NCBI GenBank assembly: GCA_964016885.1
Contig: OZ024741.1
Span: forward strand, 414,036,001 to 414,100,000
Origin: Eledone cirrhosa
Taxonomy: Eukaryota
DNA length: 64,000 bases
Reading direction: 5' to 3'
A model generated the notes under the pieces. It made no database searches, was not told the origin of the DNA, and was given only the letters and a program-made list of their open reading frames with translations. Below are positions 1 to 12,398 of this stretch, piece after piece; within the stretch, counting starts at the first letter, position 1; every line of letters starts with the position of its first letter. A program made the position numbers and the translations under genes.

Positions 1-1565
1 TGCCGTTCACGTATATTACTATTGCACATCCAGCGGAGCATGCAAGCTTCGTTCCTCTCTAGTCTGCGTATATCCTCTGCACACAATGCCCAGGTCTCAC
101 TGCCATGCAGCATTGCTGTTCGTATGCAGGCATCGTATAACCTGCCTTTCATTTTTAGGGAGAACCCTCTAGCGGCTAATAGTGGTATAAGCTCTCTGAA
201 CTTTTTCCATCCAGTTCTGACTCTAGCTACTGTACTTTCAGAGCACCCTCCCCCACTGCTGATTTTGTCACCCAGATAACGGAAGCTGTCCACTATTTCT
301 ATAGAACCCTCTGCGCAGTTGAAGGAGCTAGTATTTTGTGGGCACTTGCTGCTACTTATTGCACCAGAGCACCGGCCACATGTAAAATCTATGTTCTTAG
401 TTAGCTTACCTGTGATCCCACTACATCTTTTATGCACCCATACTTTGCATTTGGGACATAAAATGGAGTTTCTACCTACGCCTTTCCTACACACTGAGCA
501 TGGCCATTTCCCCGATGGGACCGCCGCCTTATTTTCTTTCCTACAAACTAGAACTTTAGTCTTAGCCAGGTTAATTTTAAGGCCTTTTGATTCTAGGCCG
601 TGCTTCCACGTTTGGAATTTCTTCTCTAGTTCGGTCATTGATTAAGCTATGAGCGTTAGATCATCTGCGTATAGGAGTTCCCATGGGCAGCCGGTCTTGA
701 ACTCCTCTGTTATAGCCTGAAGGGCAATAATAAATAGTAGGGGGCTAAGTACAGAGCCCTGATGGACACCAACTTTTACGCTAAACTCTTCACTATATTC
801 GTTGTTAATTCTAACCTTACTGACTGTTTCTTTATACATGGCTTGTATAGCTCTCACAAGCCATTCATCAACACCTAGTTTTCTAAGAGACCACCAGATA
901 ATGGAACGGGGGACTCTGTCGAAGGCTTTCTCCAAGTCGACAAAAGCTAAGTATAGGGGTTTACTTTTAGCTAGGTACTTCTCCTGTAGTTGTCGTACAA
1001 TGAAAAGAGCGTCTGTGGTACTTTTGCCTGACACAAACCCGAACAGCATTTCATCTAGATCAATTCTCTCTCTGATTAGTTGCGCTATTACTTTTTCCGT
1101 GACCTTCATGACCTGGTCGATTAATTTAATGCCTCTATAGTTACTCCTATCTAGGGCATCTCCTTTTCCCTTATAGCAGTTAACGATGATGCTGCTACGC
1201 CATTCCTTCGGAACAACCCCATTCTGTACGACTTGGTTAACTATCCGGGTGACCATGGTGTGTCCCACCGAACCAGATGCCTTCAGCATCTCAGCAACTA
1301 TTTCCGAAGGCCCAGCCGCCTTACCCGTCTTCATATCTTTGATTGCCTTACTTATTATACTACCTTCAACTAACACTGCTGGTCCCTCTATTGGATCGAT
1401 CTGGGGGAGACTGTCTTTCTCCCATTTGTTCTCCTCATTTAGAAGCCTTTCGTAGTGACACTTCCAAGCTACCTTCTTATCAGCGTCGGTGATGGCAAGT
1501 ATGCCATCATCGTTAAGTACACACTTCTCCCCGACAATATCACGGTTTTCCTTGACACATTGCCT
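1..1565 (-). mobile_element. RTE-clade LINE (family A), 5'-truncated copy with a nonsense codon; continues beyond the window start
   Basis: Reverse complement of 13680-15244 with only a few substitutions; RT motifs QGSVLSP and LYADD; GAA->TAA stop at 642-644; 5' end abuts a TA/TACA microsatellite at 1566. Confidence 0.95.
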
Positions 1566-2349
1566 ATAGATGTATATTATTATATATACATACATAGATG
1601 CATATATATATATATATATACACACATACATAGATGTATAGATGCATATATATATATATATACATAGATGTATATATATATATATATATACATACATAGA
1701 TGTATATTTATATATATATATATATATATTAGAAAGATCGAGTATCGAAAAATCGGCGCACGAGTTCACGATAAACAAGATTCGAAATGAGCGGCAGAGG
1801 GCTCAATAATTCAGATGAATCAGAGCTATAACTATCGTTAAAATACCGTCACATATAGAACAAGTCTACAATCAACCATACGATAAAAAATCGATAAAGG
1901 AAGATTCGGGACAAACAGATAAAAAATATCAATAAAACAATACGGCAATAATTTAAATGAATGTAAAAATATACATAGATGTATATATACATACATAGAT
2001 GTATATATATATATATATATAGATATATATATATATATCCATACATTCATATATATATACATACATATATATATATATATACATACATACATAGATGTAT
2101 ATATACACACCCATATATATATATATGAAATAACAAATCTCCTGGCATCAGAGACAGTATTTGTCTCAACCCCAAAGTAACCATAAAGTATTAATATAGA
2201 TGTTTCCTGTTCAACATCTCAACAAAAGTCTTTCAATTAAAATATTTACCGAACTCACAAAACACGAATGATACTGTTTTCAGTTTGTCAAAACCAATAT
2301 ATATATAAATATATATATATACATATATAAATATATATATATACATATA

Positions 2350-2456
2350 TACATGGTGTTCCCCAAAAACGTAAATACACTTTGATTACCTGTACAGGCA
2401 ATATTTATTAGAATGCTGTTGAAGTGTGTATATATATATTTTTAGGACACACTGTA
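2350..2456. mobile_element. Degenerate Tc1/mariner-like MITE
   Basis: Imperfect terminal inverted repeats TACATGGTGTTCCCCAAAAA...TACACTT / AAGTGTG...TTTTTAGGACACACTGTA with TA at both ends. Confidence 0.4.
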
Positions 2457-2464
2457 TATATATA

Positions 2465-5108
2465 TCATCATCATCATCATCATCACCGTTTTACGTCCGT
2501 TCTTCCACGCTAGCATGGGTTAGACGGGTTGTCCTGTTGTGGGCAGTGTCTGGTCGGCTGACCATGCCTTGCTCATACAGGAACTGATCTGGCTTGATTT
2601 CTACAGCTGGATGCCCTTCCTAACACCAACCTCATTTACAGTGAGTGCTGGGTGCTTTTTCGTGGCGCCTACACGTCCACTTTACAGTGTGGGCTGGGTG
2701 CTTTTTTGCCGTGGCACCTCCACGACCACCTTGCGGTGGGGGGGGGGGGGCATATTGTTTATATGCTTCAGCATGTACCCATGGGAGGTCGGGTACCCTG
2801 TATTACTGCGTGACGCCAGAAGTCACGGTCGTGTGTCATTGACTTTGAGAGGTGTAGTTGGGTAAGGTCGGCTTTTATCACCTCATCCCAAGTCATCTTG
2901 GGTCTCCCCACTCCGCGGTTTCCATCAACTTCTAGTGCTCTGCACCTTTTTATGCAGCTGTCATCCTTCATACGCATCACATGTCCATACCAGCGTAACC
3001 GCCTCTCCTGCACGCAGCATTTGATTCCTCTTATGCTCAGTCTCTCTCTCAATTCATTTATGCTTTGTCGTTCACGTATATTACTGTTACACATCCATCG
3101 GAGCATGCAGGCTTCGTTTCTCTCTAATCTACGTAGGTCTTCCACCTTCAGCGCCCAGGTCTCACTACCATGCAACATCGCTGTTCGGATACACGCATCA
3201 TACAGTCTGCCTTTCATTCTGAGGGAGAAGCCTTTTGCAGCTAGCAGTGGTAGTAGTTCCCTAAACTTCTTCCATCCCGTTCTTACCCTAGTTATTGTAC
3301 TTTCTGAGCACCCACCTCCGTTGCTAATTCGGTCACCTAGGTAGCAGAAGCTGTCTACTGTTTCTACAGGGCCCTCCCAGAGATTGGTGGTACTTGTTTC
3401 CTGTGGCTGTTTGCTTGCTGTTTCAGCACAGCTGCTGCATGTGAATCCTACATTCTTAATTAAGCTTCCTGAGATCCCGCTACATCTCTTGTGTACCCAT
3501 TGTTTGCATTTGGGGCAAAGAATGGAGTTCCTACCTACACCTTTCCTACATACTGAGCAAGGCCATTTCCCTGAGGGGATCTGGGTTCTGTTTTCTCGTC
3601 TACTTATAAGGACCTTAGTCTTTGTCATGTTGACTTTGAGGCCCTTTCTCTCTAGTCCCTGCTTCCAGGTTTGGAATTTATTCTCTAGTTCTACCATAGA
3701 TTCAGCTATGAGTGCGAGGTCATCAGCATACAGGAGTTCCCATGGGCATCCGGTCTTAAACTCCTCCGTTATTGCCTGCAGGACTATGATGAACAGGAGA
3801 GGGCTAAGAACAGAGCCCTGGTGGACCCCAACCTGTACGCTAAATTCCTCGCTATACTCATTGCCAATCCTAACTTTGCTGACTGCTCCCCTATACATGG
3901 CTTGTACCGCTTTCACAAGCCATTCATCTACTCCTAGTTTTCTAAGAGCCCACCAGATTACTGCACGTGGAACTCTGTCAAAGGCTTTCTCAAGGTCGAC
4001 AAATGCCAAGTAGAGTGGCTTACTTTTAGCTAGGTACTTTTCCTGTAATTGCCTCACAAGGAAGAGCGCATCAGTGGTGCCTTTCCCTGGTACAAACCCA
4101 AATTGCATCTCGTCTATATTCACCCGGTCCCTAATCAGCTGTGCTATAACTCTTTCTGTTACTTTCATGACCTGGTCCATCAACTTTATACCTCTATAGT
4201 TTCCTCTATCTAGTGCATCGCCTTTACCTTTGTAGCAGTTGACAATGATGCTACTGCACCAATCTTTTGGTATGGCCCCCTCTAGTATTACCTGGTTAAC
4301 GATACGTGTGGTTATAGTGTGACCTACAGACCCAGATGCCTTCAGCATCTCGGCAGCTATACCCGATGGACCGGTTGCCTTCCCTATCTTCATATCTCTG
4401 ATTGCCTTACTTACTACGCTGCCGCTGACTTGTACTGCTGGTCCCTCTATAGGGTCTACGTGGGGTAGGGTCTCTTCTTCCCATGCATTCTCCTCATTTA
4501 GTAATCTATCATAATGACTCTTCCATGCATCTTTCTTCTCAGCACTTGTGAGGGCAAGCTCACCTTTATCATTCCGGATACACTTCTCTCCAATGACATC
4601 ACAACTATCTCTGACACACTGCCTCGCAATCTTGAATACCTCCTGTTTCTGGTCCTCACGTTGTAAAACATGCTTGAATTTTCTATCCTCTGCTTCCCTC
4701 CTAGCTAAGTATACTTGTCGCCTAGCTTCCCTCTTGGTCTCTATGTAATGTACCCTGCTCCCCCCGTTCTTCCATTCTTTCCATGCCTGTCTCTTGGCCT
4801 TGACTGCTTCATCTACCTTATTGTTCCACCACCAAGTCACTCTCCTCCTGCTTGAGGTCTTACTCCAGCCACAAACCTCATCCGTCGCCTCTAGTAAGTT
4901 ATTTTTTAGGAACTCCCAGTTCTCTTCTACGTTAAATGTCTGTATCTGTTCTTCTTTACTGTCGTAGGCGTTGAGTAAAATATCTTTAAATCTGTTACTG
5001 GTTGAGGGGACTTTCAGCTTCCAGATCTTTCTTCTCCAGGTTGGCCTCTGTTTCAGGGCTCGTCTAGTTCTGACCGTGAGGTCGCTGACAACTAAGCTAT
5101 GTTGGGAT
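2465..5108 (-). mobile_element. RTE-clade LINE (family B), 5'-truncated, with 3' UTR and (GAT)n tail
   Basis: Open frame from the end of the endonuclease region (SQHSLVVSDL) through RT (LYADDL), PHD-type finger and RLRWYGHV; (CAT)n tail at 2465-2485 on the + strand; 5' end joins a TA repeat. Confidence 0.95.
2768..5107 (-). pseudogene. Truncated RTE ORF: reverse transcriptase with PHD-type finger, lacking most of the AP endonuclease
   Basis: ORF track 2768..5152; the N-terminal YIYI residues are microsatellite read-through, not element sequence. Confidence 0.9.
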
Positions 5109-5627
5109 GTATATATATATAAATACCAATAGATATATATATATATATACACAGATATACCAAAAAAAAATATATATATATATATATTTCTATATATATA
5201 TATATATTTTTTTTTAAATAGTGAAAGTCAGTATATATATATATATAATAATAATACTGACATGAACCTAAACATGGAGTGCTCACCCGAGTGAACCTAC
5301 AGTAACTCCGACTTACACTCCCTGGATATATACATATATATATTTATATACTGATAATTTATGAAACATTAAAAACAAATCTTTACATTAAAGATTAACT
5401 AAGACCCACTGTTAACAATCTACATGTTAGAAATGTCACGAGTTAAATCTAATACTTTGTTGTTGGCTATTTTCAGTTGTTGTTTTTTGACTAGTTTTGT
5501 CTTTCTTCTTCTTTCCCCACTTATTCCTGTGAGGCTCAAGAGGACAAAGTCCTCAAATAACCCTCAAGTGGGTTCTGTTAGAAGCAACTGTCTCTAATTG
5601 ATCCAACTGGATCATCAACGATCATGA

Positions 5628-6430
5628 ATAATAATGAAATTATTGTGTACAGTGCTCAGGTGCACTACAACTCATCAAAGGTGCATGTATAGTACATAGA
5701 ATAATGTACAAATGTCAGGAAAATGAACAGTGTATGAGTCATGATATAATAATAATAACAATAATGAAATATTGTGTACAGTGCCCAGGTGCACCACAAC
5801 TCATCAAAAAAGTGCATGTACAGTACATAGGGCAATGCACAAACATCAGTAAAATGAACAGTGCACGAGTCATGATACACACATGTGTGCATGTGTATGG
5901 AAGGGGTACATCAGGTGTAGTTTTGGCGTATTTCGGGAAGCATGAGTGTCTTAAAGGATGCAGTGTCTCGGCAGCTAACAATTGACGCAGGCAGTTTGTT
6001 CCATGCTTCAGCAACTCTGAGCGTGAAAAAATGTCTACGAAAGTCATGGGAGCTGTGCTGTTTTCTGATCTTGTAGGCATGTCCACGTGTGTTAGACACA
6101 TGGAGATCAAAGAGGCGCTCAGGGTTGCAATTGGCGAGATGGTTAAAAACTTTGTGGGTATTCACCAAGTCCATTGCCAGACGTCGGAGCTTCAATGAAT
6201 CCATGCCCAGGGAAGCAAGGCGTTCAGAGTATGGTAGGTGTCTGATGGAGGGTATGCGCTTGGTTGCACGTCTCTGAACAGTTTCCAGGAGGTCAATGTT
6301 CTGAGCAAGATAGGGGTTCCAGACTGATGATGCGAATTCCAAGTGTGGTCGCACCATAGCTGTATACAGTTTTAAGTAGATGGCTGGAGAGCGGCTAACA
6401 AAGGTCTTGCTGAGTGATGCCAAGACACCC
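5628..6430 (-). mobile_element. CR1-clade LINE 3' fragment with a doubled 3' terminal segment
   Basis: ORF 5911..6423: LYTAMVRPHLEFASSVWNP...LETVQRRATKRI...YSERL...TRGH...FFTLRVAEAWNKLP, the typical CR1 C-terminus; (TTA)n tails. Confidence 0.85.
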
Positions 6431-7259
6431 TCTGTGAATGTTATCCAATTATTGGGTTCTCCTGCAGGTTGGTTTTGTCCATAAAATCTGTCCAGCGATA
6501 TTTTTCCTGAGACATTCTAATGAAAACTGGTATGTATTATGGTCGATATTAAAACAGCCAAGAGATGTCATATGAGATACAACCCTGTAGAAGGTTGACT
6601 AAATCTACATATGTATGGACCAACTACAACAAATTATTAAATTATATATAAATGTTTAAACTGTGATTCAAATCAATCAAAAACAAAAAAATCATATATT
6701 TTATTCTAAAATAAAGTATCTTTACCAATTAAAATTTTAAAGTTCAAATCTTTTGGTAAAATTTTAAGTTTAATAAATCATTAAATCTCACTCTATTTCT
6801 TCACAGAAATACATACACAAACGTTTCAGACACACACACATATAGACCTTTAACACACACATACAAGAATACATAACAAAATCCCTTCCAAACCACCCCT
6901 GCTCTCTTAAAAACACCAACTACACAGACTCTGGAGTTTTAGATTCAATCGTTTTACTGGTTTCAGTTATTAGACAGAGGCCATACTGGAGCACAGCCTT
7001 TAATGGGGACATTTAGACAATCATATCAGCCCAAGTACTCTTTGGAAGTATGGTACTAATTTCATCGATCTCTTTTTATCTAACTGCTAAGTTATGAGCT
7101 AAACAAAAACATGGATGGACATACATAAACTCACACACACGCTAGAGTGGAAAGTGGTCATTAAAATATATATAACAGACAAGCATTGAAGAATCAACAC
7201 CATAAACCTGCCCAATAATGTATCACATAATTACATGAATAATATTTATACAGATTAAT

Positions 7260-7365
7260 TGTTTCTACTTTAGGCACAAGGCCAGCAATTACCCAGTGCA
7301 TTACTGGTACTTTATTTTATCGACCCCGTAAGGATGAAAGGCAAAGTCAACCTCGGCGGGATTTG
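7260..7365 (-). mobile_element. 5'-truncated SINE (type 2) with a 13-bp target-site duplication
   Basis: Matches the full copy at 28805-29006; TATACAGATTAAT at 7247-7259 and 7366-7378. Confidence 0.85.
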
Positions 7366-7377
7366 TATACAGATTAA

Positions 7378-7449
7378 TGTTGTCTGAAGAGATAGTATCT
7401 GACGATTAACGATTATATAACAGATACCATTGAAATGCATATAACAGCA
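7378..7449 (+). ncRNA. Type-I hammerhead ribozyme motif
   Basis: TGTTGT-CTGAAGA-[GATAGTATCTG...CAGATACCATT]-GAAA-TGCATA-TA-ACAGCA; stem I 6 bp, stem II about 10 bp, AUA cleavage triplet, AATAAA just downstream. Confidence 0.8.
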
Positions 7450-7859
7450 ATTACATAATAAATAAAATGTGAAATATATAAATGGGCCTGCCCGCCCAGC
7501 CAGTGGGATGGTGTTATCTTATGGCTAAAACAGCACGACGTGCTGTGACCAGCGGCGCCGAATGGACGCCCGACAGACTGGTTGTTGGTCAAGGTGATCA
7601 AGGTGATATATATAAATGATAGGCTGCTGCATAGTTTCTATCCACCAGATTCCACTCACAAGACGGTGAACCAACCCAAGGCTATTCTGTCCAAACACAG
7701 AACAAAGTGAACTCCTTAATGACAGCCATGTCTACACCCACATACAAACAGATATGGTCACAGCTTGATCATTACCGACCTGGGGTTAAACAACATTATC
7801 CAGTTAATAGACCAATGGCTGAGTTCATTTAGATGTATGTAGGTAACTCAGGTAGTATA

Positions 7860-8180
7860 TAATTCACCCAGTACACTCTGTAAAGTGCTAGCCACTAGAA
7901 ACTGACATCCATCTGTAAAAAGTATGCCAAATATGGAGAGGATGAGCAAGACGTACTTCTATGGTCCATCTAGTCTTGGACTATTTCAACCAATATTGCC
8001 ATAGACAAAGGTGAGGATGATGATATGTATATGTGTAATGTGGTTGACATTAAGAAGGGCATCCAGCTGTAGAAACAGTTCTGTATGAGCAAGACACAGT
8101 CACCTGACCAAACTTGCCTAACAATGGAACAACTCATCTAACCCATGCTAGTGTAGAAAATGGATTTTAAATGATGATAA
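7860..8180 (+). mobile_element. Two decayed RTE-tailed SINE 3' halves
   Basis: CACCCAGTACACTCTGTAAAGTG and AAGAAGGGCATCCAGCTGTAGAAA motifs, CCATGCTAG hairpin, GATGAT tails. Confidence 0.6.
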
Positions 8181-8465
8181 ATATATATGTGTGGGTATGC
8201 AACATAAATGTCAGTGGGAAGGAAAAGGAAAAAGAGCAGTTTATCTGGAGAAACAGAGCTAAAAATGAAAACTAAGATGGAAAGCTCACCTGTTTTCCAG
8301 TATTGCTACTGAAAAGTTTGACATCAAGTCACACCCAGAGTTACCCACAAGAGTTAAGGACTTAGCCTATATATGTATGTAAACAGAAAACAACAAAGCA
8401 AACAATATAATATAATAAATATAATATATTAGTTTAACGCTCGATATAGTAGGAAATGAGAGAGA

Positions 8466-8499
8466 CTTAAAGTTTCAGACACTGATCCTTCATCAGAAG
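8466..8499 (-). ncRNA. Degenerate minimal hammerhead motif (Penelope pseudo-LTR type)
   Basis: Minus strand CTT-CTGATGA-AGGATCAGTGTCT-GAAA-CT-TT-AAG; stems very short and stem III not palindromic. Confidence 0.4.
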
Positions 8500-9039
8500 A
8501 TAGAATAGAAAGACAGAAAGAATGAGAGGAGGAAGAGACAGAAAACAGATTTTTGGAGGGGAAAAATCTTTTGTTGTATTTAGTCAACGATTTTGAAGAA
8601 ATTGTGGTCAGGGGGTATTTGGGATATTAGAGAGGTTTTGAAAGGGAAATAATCCATGGTGAACATGAGCGTAGCCCTGTCTCATTTTGTGTGTATAGCC
8701 ATAAGAAAAGCTACTTAGCTTCAGGTACAACTGCAAATGGTTGAACTATAAAATGTGGAATAACTGCATACGTGGAGGGGAATAGTGCCAGGATGTGTAG
8801 GGTAGGCAGTAAATGTTGGGAAACATTTAACAGTAATGGTGTGCCAGCAACGACACTGGGTGCCACACAAACACAGCCATGCGCAAATTACAAGCACACC
8901 CACAAGAGCCTTGGAGTGTTGTATGTCGGTGGTGTGTGATGAATATATATTGTATTAACCCGTAACTCCTAAATGAGTAGTAGAGGCACCACATTTTGTT
9001 TTAATCTGGCGGAGCCTATCTCCTCTCCAGGTCTAAATA

Positions 9040-9380
9040 CAACAGATTTCTTCAAGAAAAGGATTGAGGGGGAAAAAGAGATATAGAGGAAGATTGACCC
9101 TAGTACTAGGCTGGTACTTTTTTATTAACCTTGAAAGGATGCAAGACAAAGTTGACCTCAGCGGGATTTGAACTCGGAGAGTAGAGAGCTGAGACTAATT
9201 CAGCAAAACACTCCAACGTTCTAATGACTCTGCAGCCTTCATCCAGCCACAGAAACCAAGCTAAAGTCAGTTCTGTATGAGCAAGACATGGTCATCTGAC
9301 CTGGCTTGTCTCACAACGGGGCAACTCATCTAATCCATGCTAGCGTGGAAAAATGGATATTAAACGGTGATGACGATGAA
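9040..9380. mobile_element. Decayed type-2 SINE (-) followed by an RTE-tailed SINE 3' half (+)
   Basis: GGATG..AGACAAAGTTGACCTCAGCGGGATTTGAACTC; CATCCAGCC..AGAAACC...CCATGCTAGCGTGG...GATGACGATG. Confidence 0.6.
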
Positions 9381-9696
9381 ATCAGTTAAGTTCAATAAAT
9401 TATAAACATCCAATCAATTAACACAAAACCAATCAGCAGTATCAAAATCAAACTATATTGTTATTAAACTATTAATGAAAATATTGAGAACTTTATCAAC
9501 CATAATTCAGATTTAGCAGAATTATATTTTTTGTAAGATGACAAATGGGATTACATATTTAATATCAACCCACGGTAGTTATATTAATCCTTAGTGTGTT
9601 GATTTTCAGAATAATTGGAAAAAACACGAAGGACATTGTCTCCCATTAGAAATAGGGTAACAAAAGGTTAAATAAGAAAGGACATATTGAATACTG

Positions 9697-9739
<43 letters not shown>

Positions 9740-9742
<3 letters not shown>

Positions 9743-9960
9743 TCATCATCATCGATTAACGTCCATCTTCCACTCTAGCATGGGTTGGACTGTTTTGTCC
9801 CACTTGAAGTGAGATTGATCAGGAGACCGTGTCTCACTCATATAGAACTTTTCTGGCAGGTTTTCTACAGCTGGATGCCCTTCCTAATACCAATCACATT
9901 TACAGTGTGGACAGGGTGCTTTTTATTGTGTCACCTACACGACCACTTTACAGTGGACAG
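9740..9960 (-). mobile_element. RTE 3' UTR / RTE-tailed SINE fragment
   Basis: (CAT)n tail, CTACAGCTGGATGCCCTTCCTAA motif, similar to 34478-34700. Confidence 0.75.
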
Positions 9961-10180
9961 AAATGGGAGGATGGAGTAGGGGGTGTAGGGTGGGGTGTGT
10001 ATACATATCTATATATGCATATATATACATACATGTATCATCATCATTTAACGTCTATTTTCAGTGAAAAGATATAAATACCACAACATTTATTTTGGAA
10101 AGCCAGATTCTTGATGATTTCTAAAGAATGAAACAGTTCTAGTCCTGTAGAATCTCATCTATATTAAAACTTTTATACTC

Positions 10181-10308
10181 TGCTATGTATTGAGTACCTT
10201 ACTTACTGTGGTTACCTCCAATTCAACCCGGAATAACTTACCTATGCTCTGTATTGAGTACCTTACTTACTGTGGTTACCTCCGATTCAACACGGAATAA
10301 CTTACCTA
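10181..10308. repeat. Two tandem copies of a unit of about 64 bp
   Basis: TGCT(A/C)TGTATTGAGTACCTTACTTACTGTGGTTACCTCC(A/G)ATTCAAC(C/A)CGGAATAACTTACCTA twice. Confidence 0.85.
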
Positions 10309-10678
10309 TATATATATATATATACCGTCCCACCCTTGCAAGCAGGGAAAAGCGGACGTAAAATGAAATGATGATATATATATATATATATAGTAAAGCA
10401 AGTCCATAGAATTATTTGATAATATATATACATCATTTCTTCTCCCAATTAGCATAATTAACCACACAAAACATCAATTAGAGCAGGCTATAAGATTAAA
10501 AGGCACCTATGAAAAAACAGTAAATAAATATACCATAGCAGCGTCTTCGCGGCCAACCACTATAAAATATCTACCCATCATTTCATGGAAATTAATTAAA
10601 TATACGGTCAACCATACACAATTAGGTATAAAATTAAAGTTAGAAATGCTTATATACATACCAGGATTAAATCACTAA

Positions 10679-10757
10679 ATCCCGACCCATGGGTTTCGTT
10701 CTCATTTTGAAATATCCTATTAAGGATAGATCTCGAGTTCCAAACTATTCAGGGGAC
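10679..10757 (-). ncRNA. Hammerhead-like motif with a core substitution (G8->U)
   Basis: GTCCC-CTGAATA-[stem II including TATCCT-TAAT-AGGATA]-GAAA-CCCATGGG-TC-GGGAT; palindromic stem III, GUC triplet, 5-bp stem I. Confidence 0.6.
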
Positions 10758-11046
10758 AAACTCGCTAGGACAGATTTTTTTCTGAAGTGGCCCCCACCAA
10801 ACACGAATTCAAAATGGCTGAGAACTGTGACGTGCCAGTGGTCAAGTCAGAAGAGTGTGATTGGTTGCTTATATATGCAAGCGTGGAACACGGACGTTAA
10901 ACGTTGATGATGATACACATATATATATATATATATATACAGATACACACATATATATATATATATACATATATACATATATATATATATATACATATAT
11001 ACATATATATATATATACATATATACATATATACATATATATATAC

Positions 11047-11079
<33 letters not shown>

Positions 11080-11083
<4 letters not shown>

Positions 11084-11380
11084 ATATATAAGAACAAAAG
11101 ATGGTTAAAAGAGTTCCTTGTATTTTATTATGCGCATTTCAAAAACAAATATCATCATGCAATAATATTTGTATTTTCATCAGATAAAACAGGAAGACAT
11201 GATATGAAGATTAAAAAACATGATATTTGTTTTTGAAATGCGCATAATAAAATACATGGAACTCTTTTAACCATCTTTTGTTCTTATATATTATGTATAC
11301 TCCAGTCCTACAAACTGTAGAGTGCTTCTTATCCGATATCTGCATTGCTTTATTGTACTACAATAAAACTCACCTCCTAC
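11080..11380. mobile_element. Non-coding fold-back element carrying a hammerhead motif (copy 1)
   Basis: Inverted arms about 11086-11153 and 11220-11290 with one mismatch seen; right arm continues through TACTCCA...GAGTGCT and a terminal hairpin TTATTGTA-C-TACAATAA; TA repeats on both sides. Confidence 0.8.
11123..11189 (-). ncRNA. Type-I hammerhead ribozyme motif
   Basis: TTTTAT-CTGATGA-[AAATACAAATAT...ATATTTGTTTTT]-GAAA-TGCGCA-TA-ATAAAA; all core nucleotides present, palindromic stem III. Confidence 0.85.
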
Positions 11381-11437
<57 letters not shown>

Positions 11438-11438
<1 letters not shown>

Positions 11439-11615
11439 GAGGTGCCACGGCGTGGAGGTGCCACGGCAAAAAAGCCCCCAGCACTCACTGTAAATGAGGT
11501 TGGTGTTAGGAAGGGTATCCAGCTGTAGAAATCAAGCCAGCATCAGTTCCCGTCCCACCCTTGCAAGCAGGGAAGAGCGGACGTAAAATGAAATGATGAT
11601 GATGATGATGGTGAT
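11438..11615 (+). mobile_element. 5'-truncated RTE-tailed SINE (type 1)
   Basis: Matches the 3' half of 24741-25074; GGAGGTGCCACGGC is duplicated at the 5' junction. Confidence 0.85.
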
Positions 11616-11621
11616 ATATAT

Positions 11622-12037
11622 ATGGTGGCTGCCAACTCGTTTTCGAGTACGGCCACTACTTTATATCCATGTAGGAGAACGCCTACTGATGCGCTGAACG
11701 AGTGTGACTTTTTAGTCCAGCCAGCGACTTGAAAACTTTGGTACAAACACTACACTTGTGACAATTATTGACACATAGTGCTGGGCCCATGGTACCATAT
11801 GACGACAAGTGCAGAGAGATCTCCAGATATAAAGCAATGCCTGTGCCGTGAAGCTTTTATAGTGAGCAAAGGCACTGCACAAAGCCAGTCCCACTCTCTT
11901 AACCAAGATGATATTTATCAAAAAGAAGAACAAGTCAACATCATTGGATACCATCAGGGTTTCGGGTGTTATATCAGAGTTTTCCTTCTCCTAGAATTCT
12001 GCCTTGACAAAGGCTAAGGGGTCATCTCTCCCGGGAC
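11622..12037 (-). mobile_element. Probable non-autonomous RTE-derived element; related fragments at 12118-12325 and 18487-18530
   Basis: Minus strand has AAGGCAG..TTCTAGGAGAAGGAAAACTCTGA, resembling RTE 5' UTRs; shared end TGGCTGC...TC...GAGTA in three places. Confidence 0.45.
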
Positions 12038-12398
12038 ATACATACATACATATATACATAGATACATACATACATACATACATACATATACATATATACA
12101 TACATACATATATACATGATGGCTGCAAACTCTGCTAAGAGTACTGCAGTTGCTTGTCAGATTATAGAGTTTGGAGCACCTTTAGGCTATGGCCAGCCAC
12201 ACAAACCTGTAACAGATCCTGAACAAGCAATGCCTGAGCTTTGAAGGTTTTTTAAGTGGGGAAAGGCCTTGCACTCGACCAATCCCACTCTACGAAAACA
12301 CTACCCGAAAAGGGGAACATTCATACATAGGTATATACATAGATACATACTCACACATACATTTATATATGTATGTAAATATATATACATAATATACG

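Noticed and set aside
1730-2300. Two short unique inserts between TA repeats as further ribozyme elements
   Set aside because: No complete hammerhead core on either strand and no recognisable family; left unassigned
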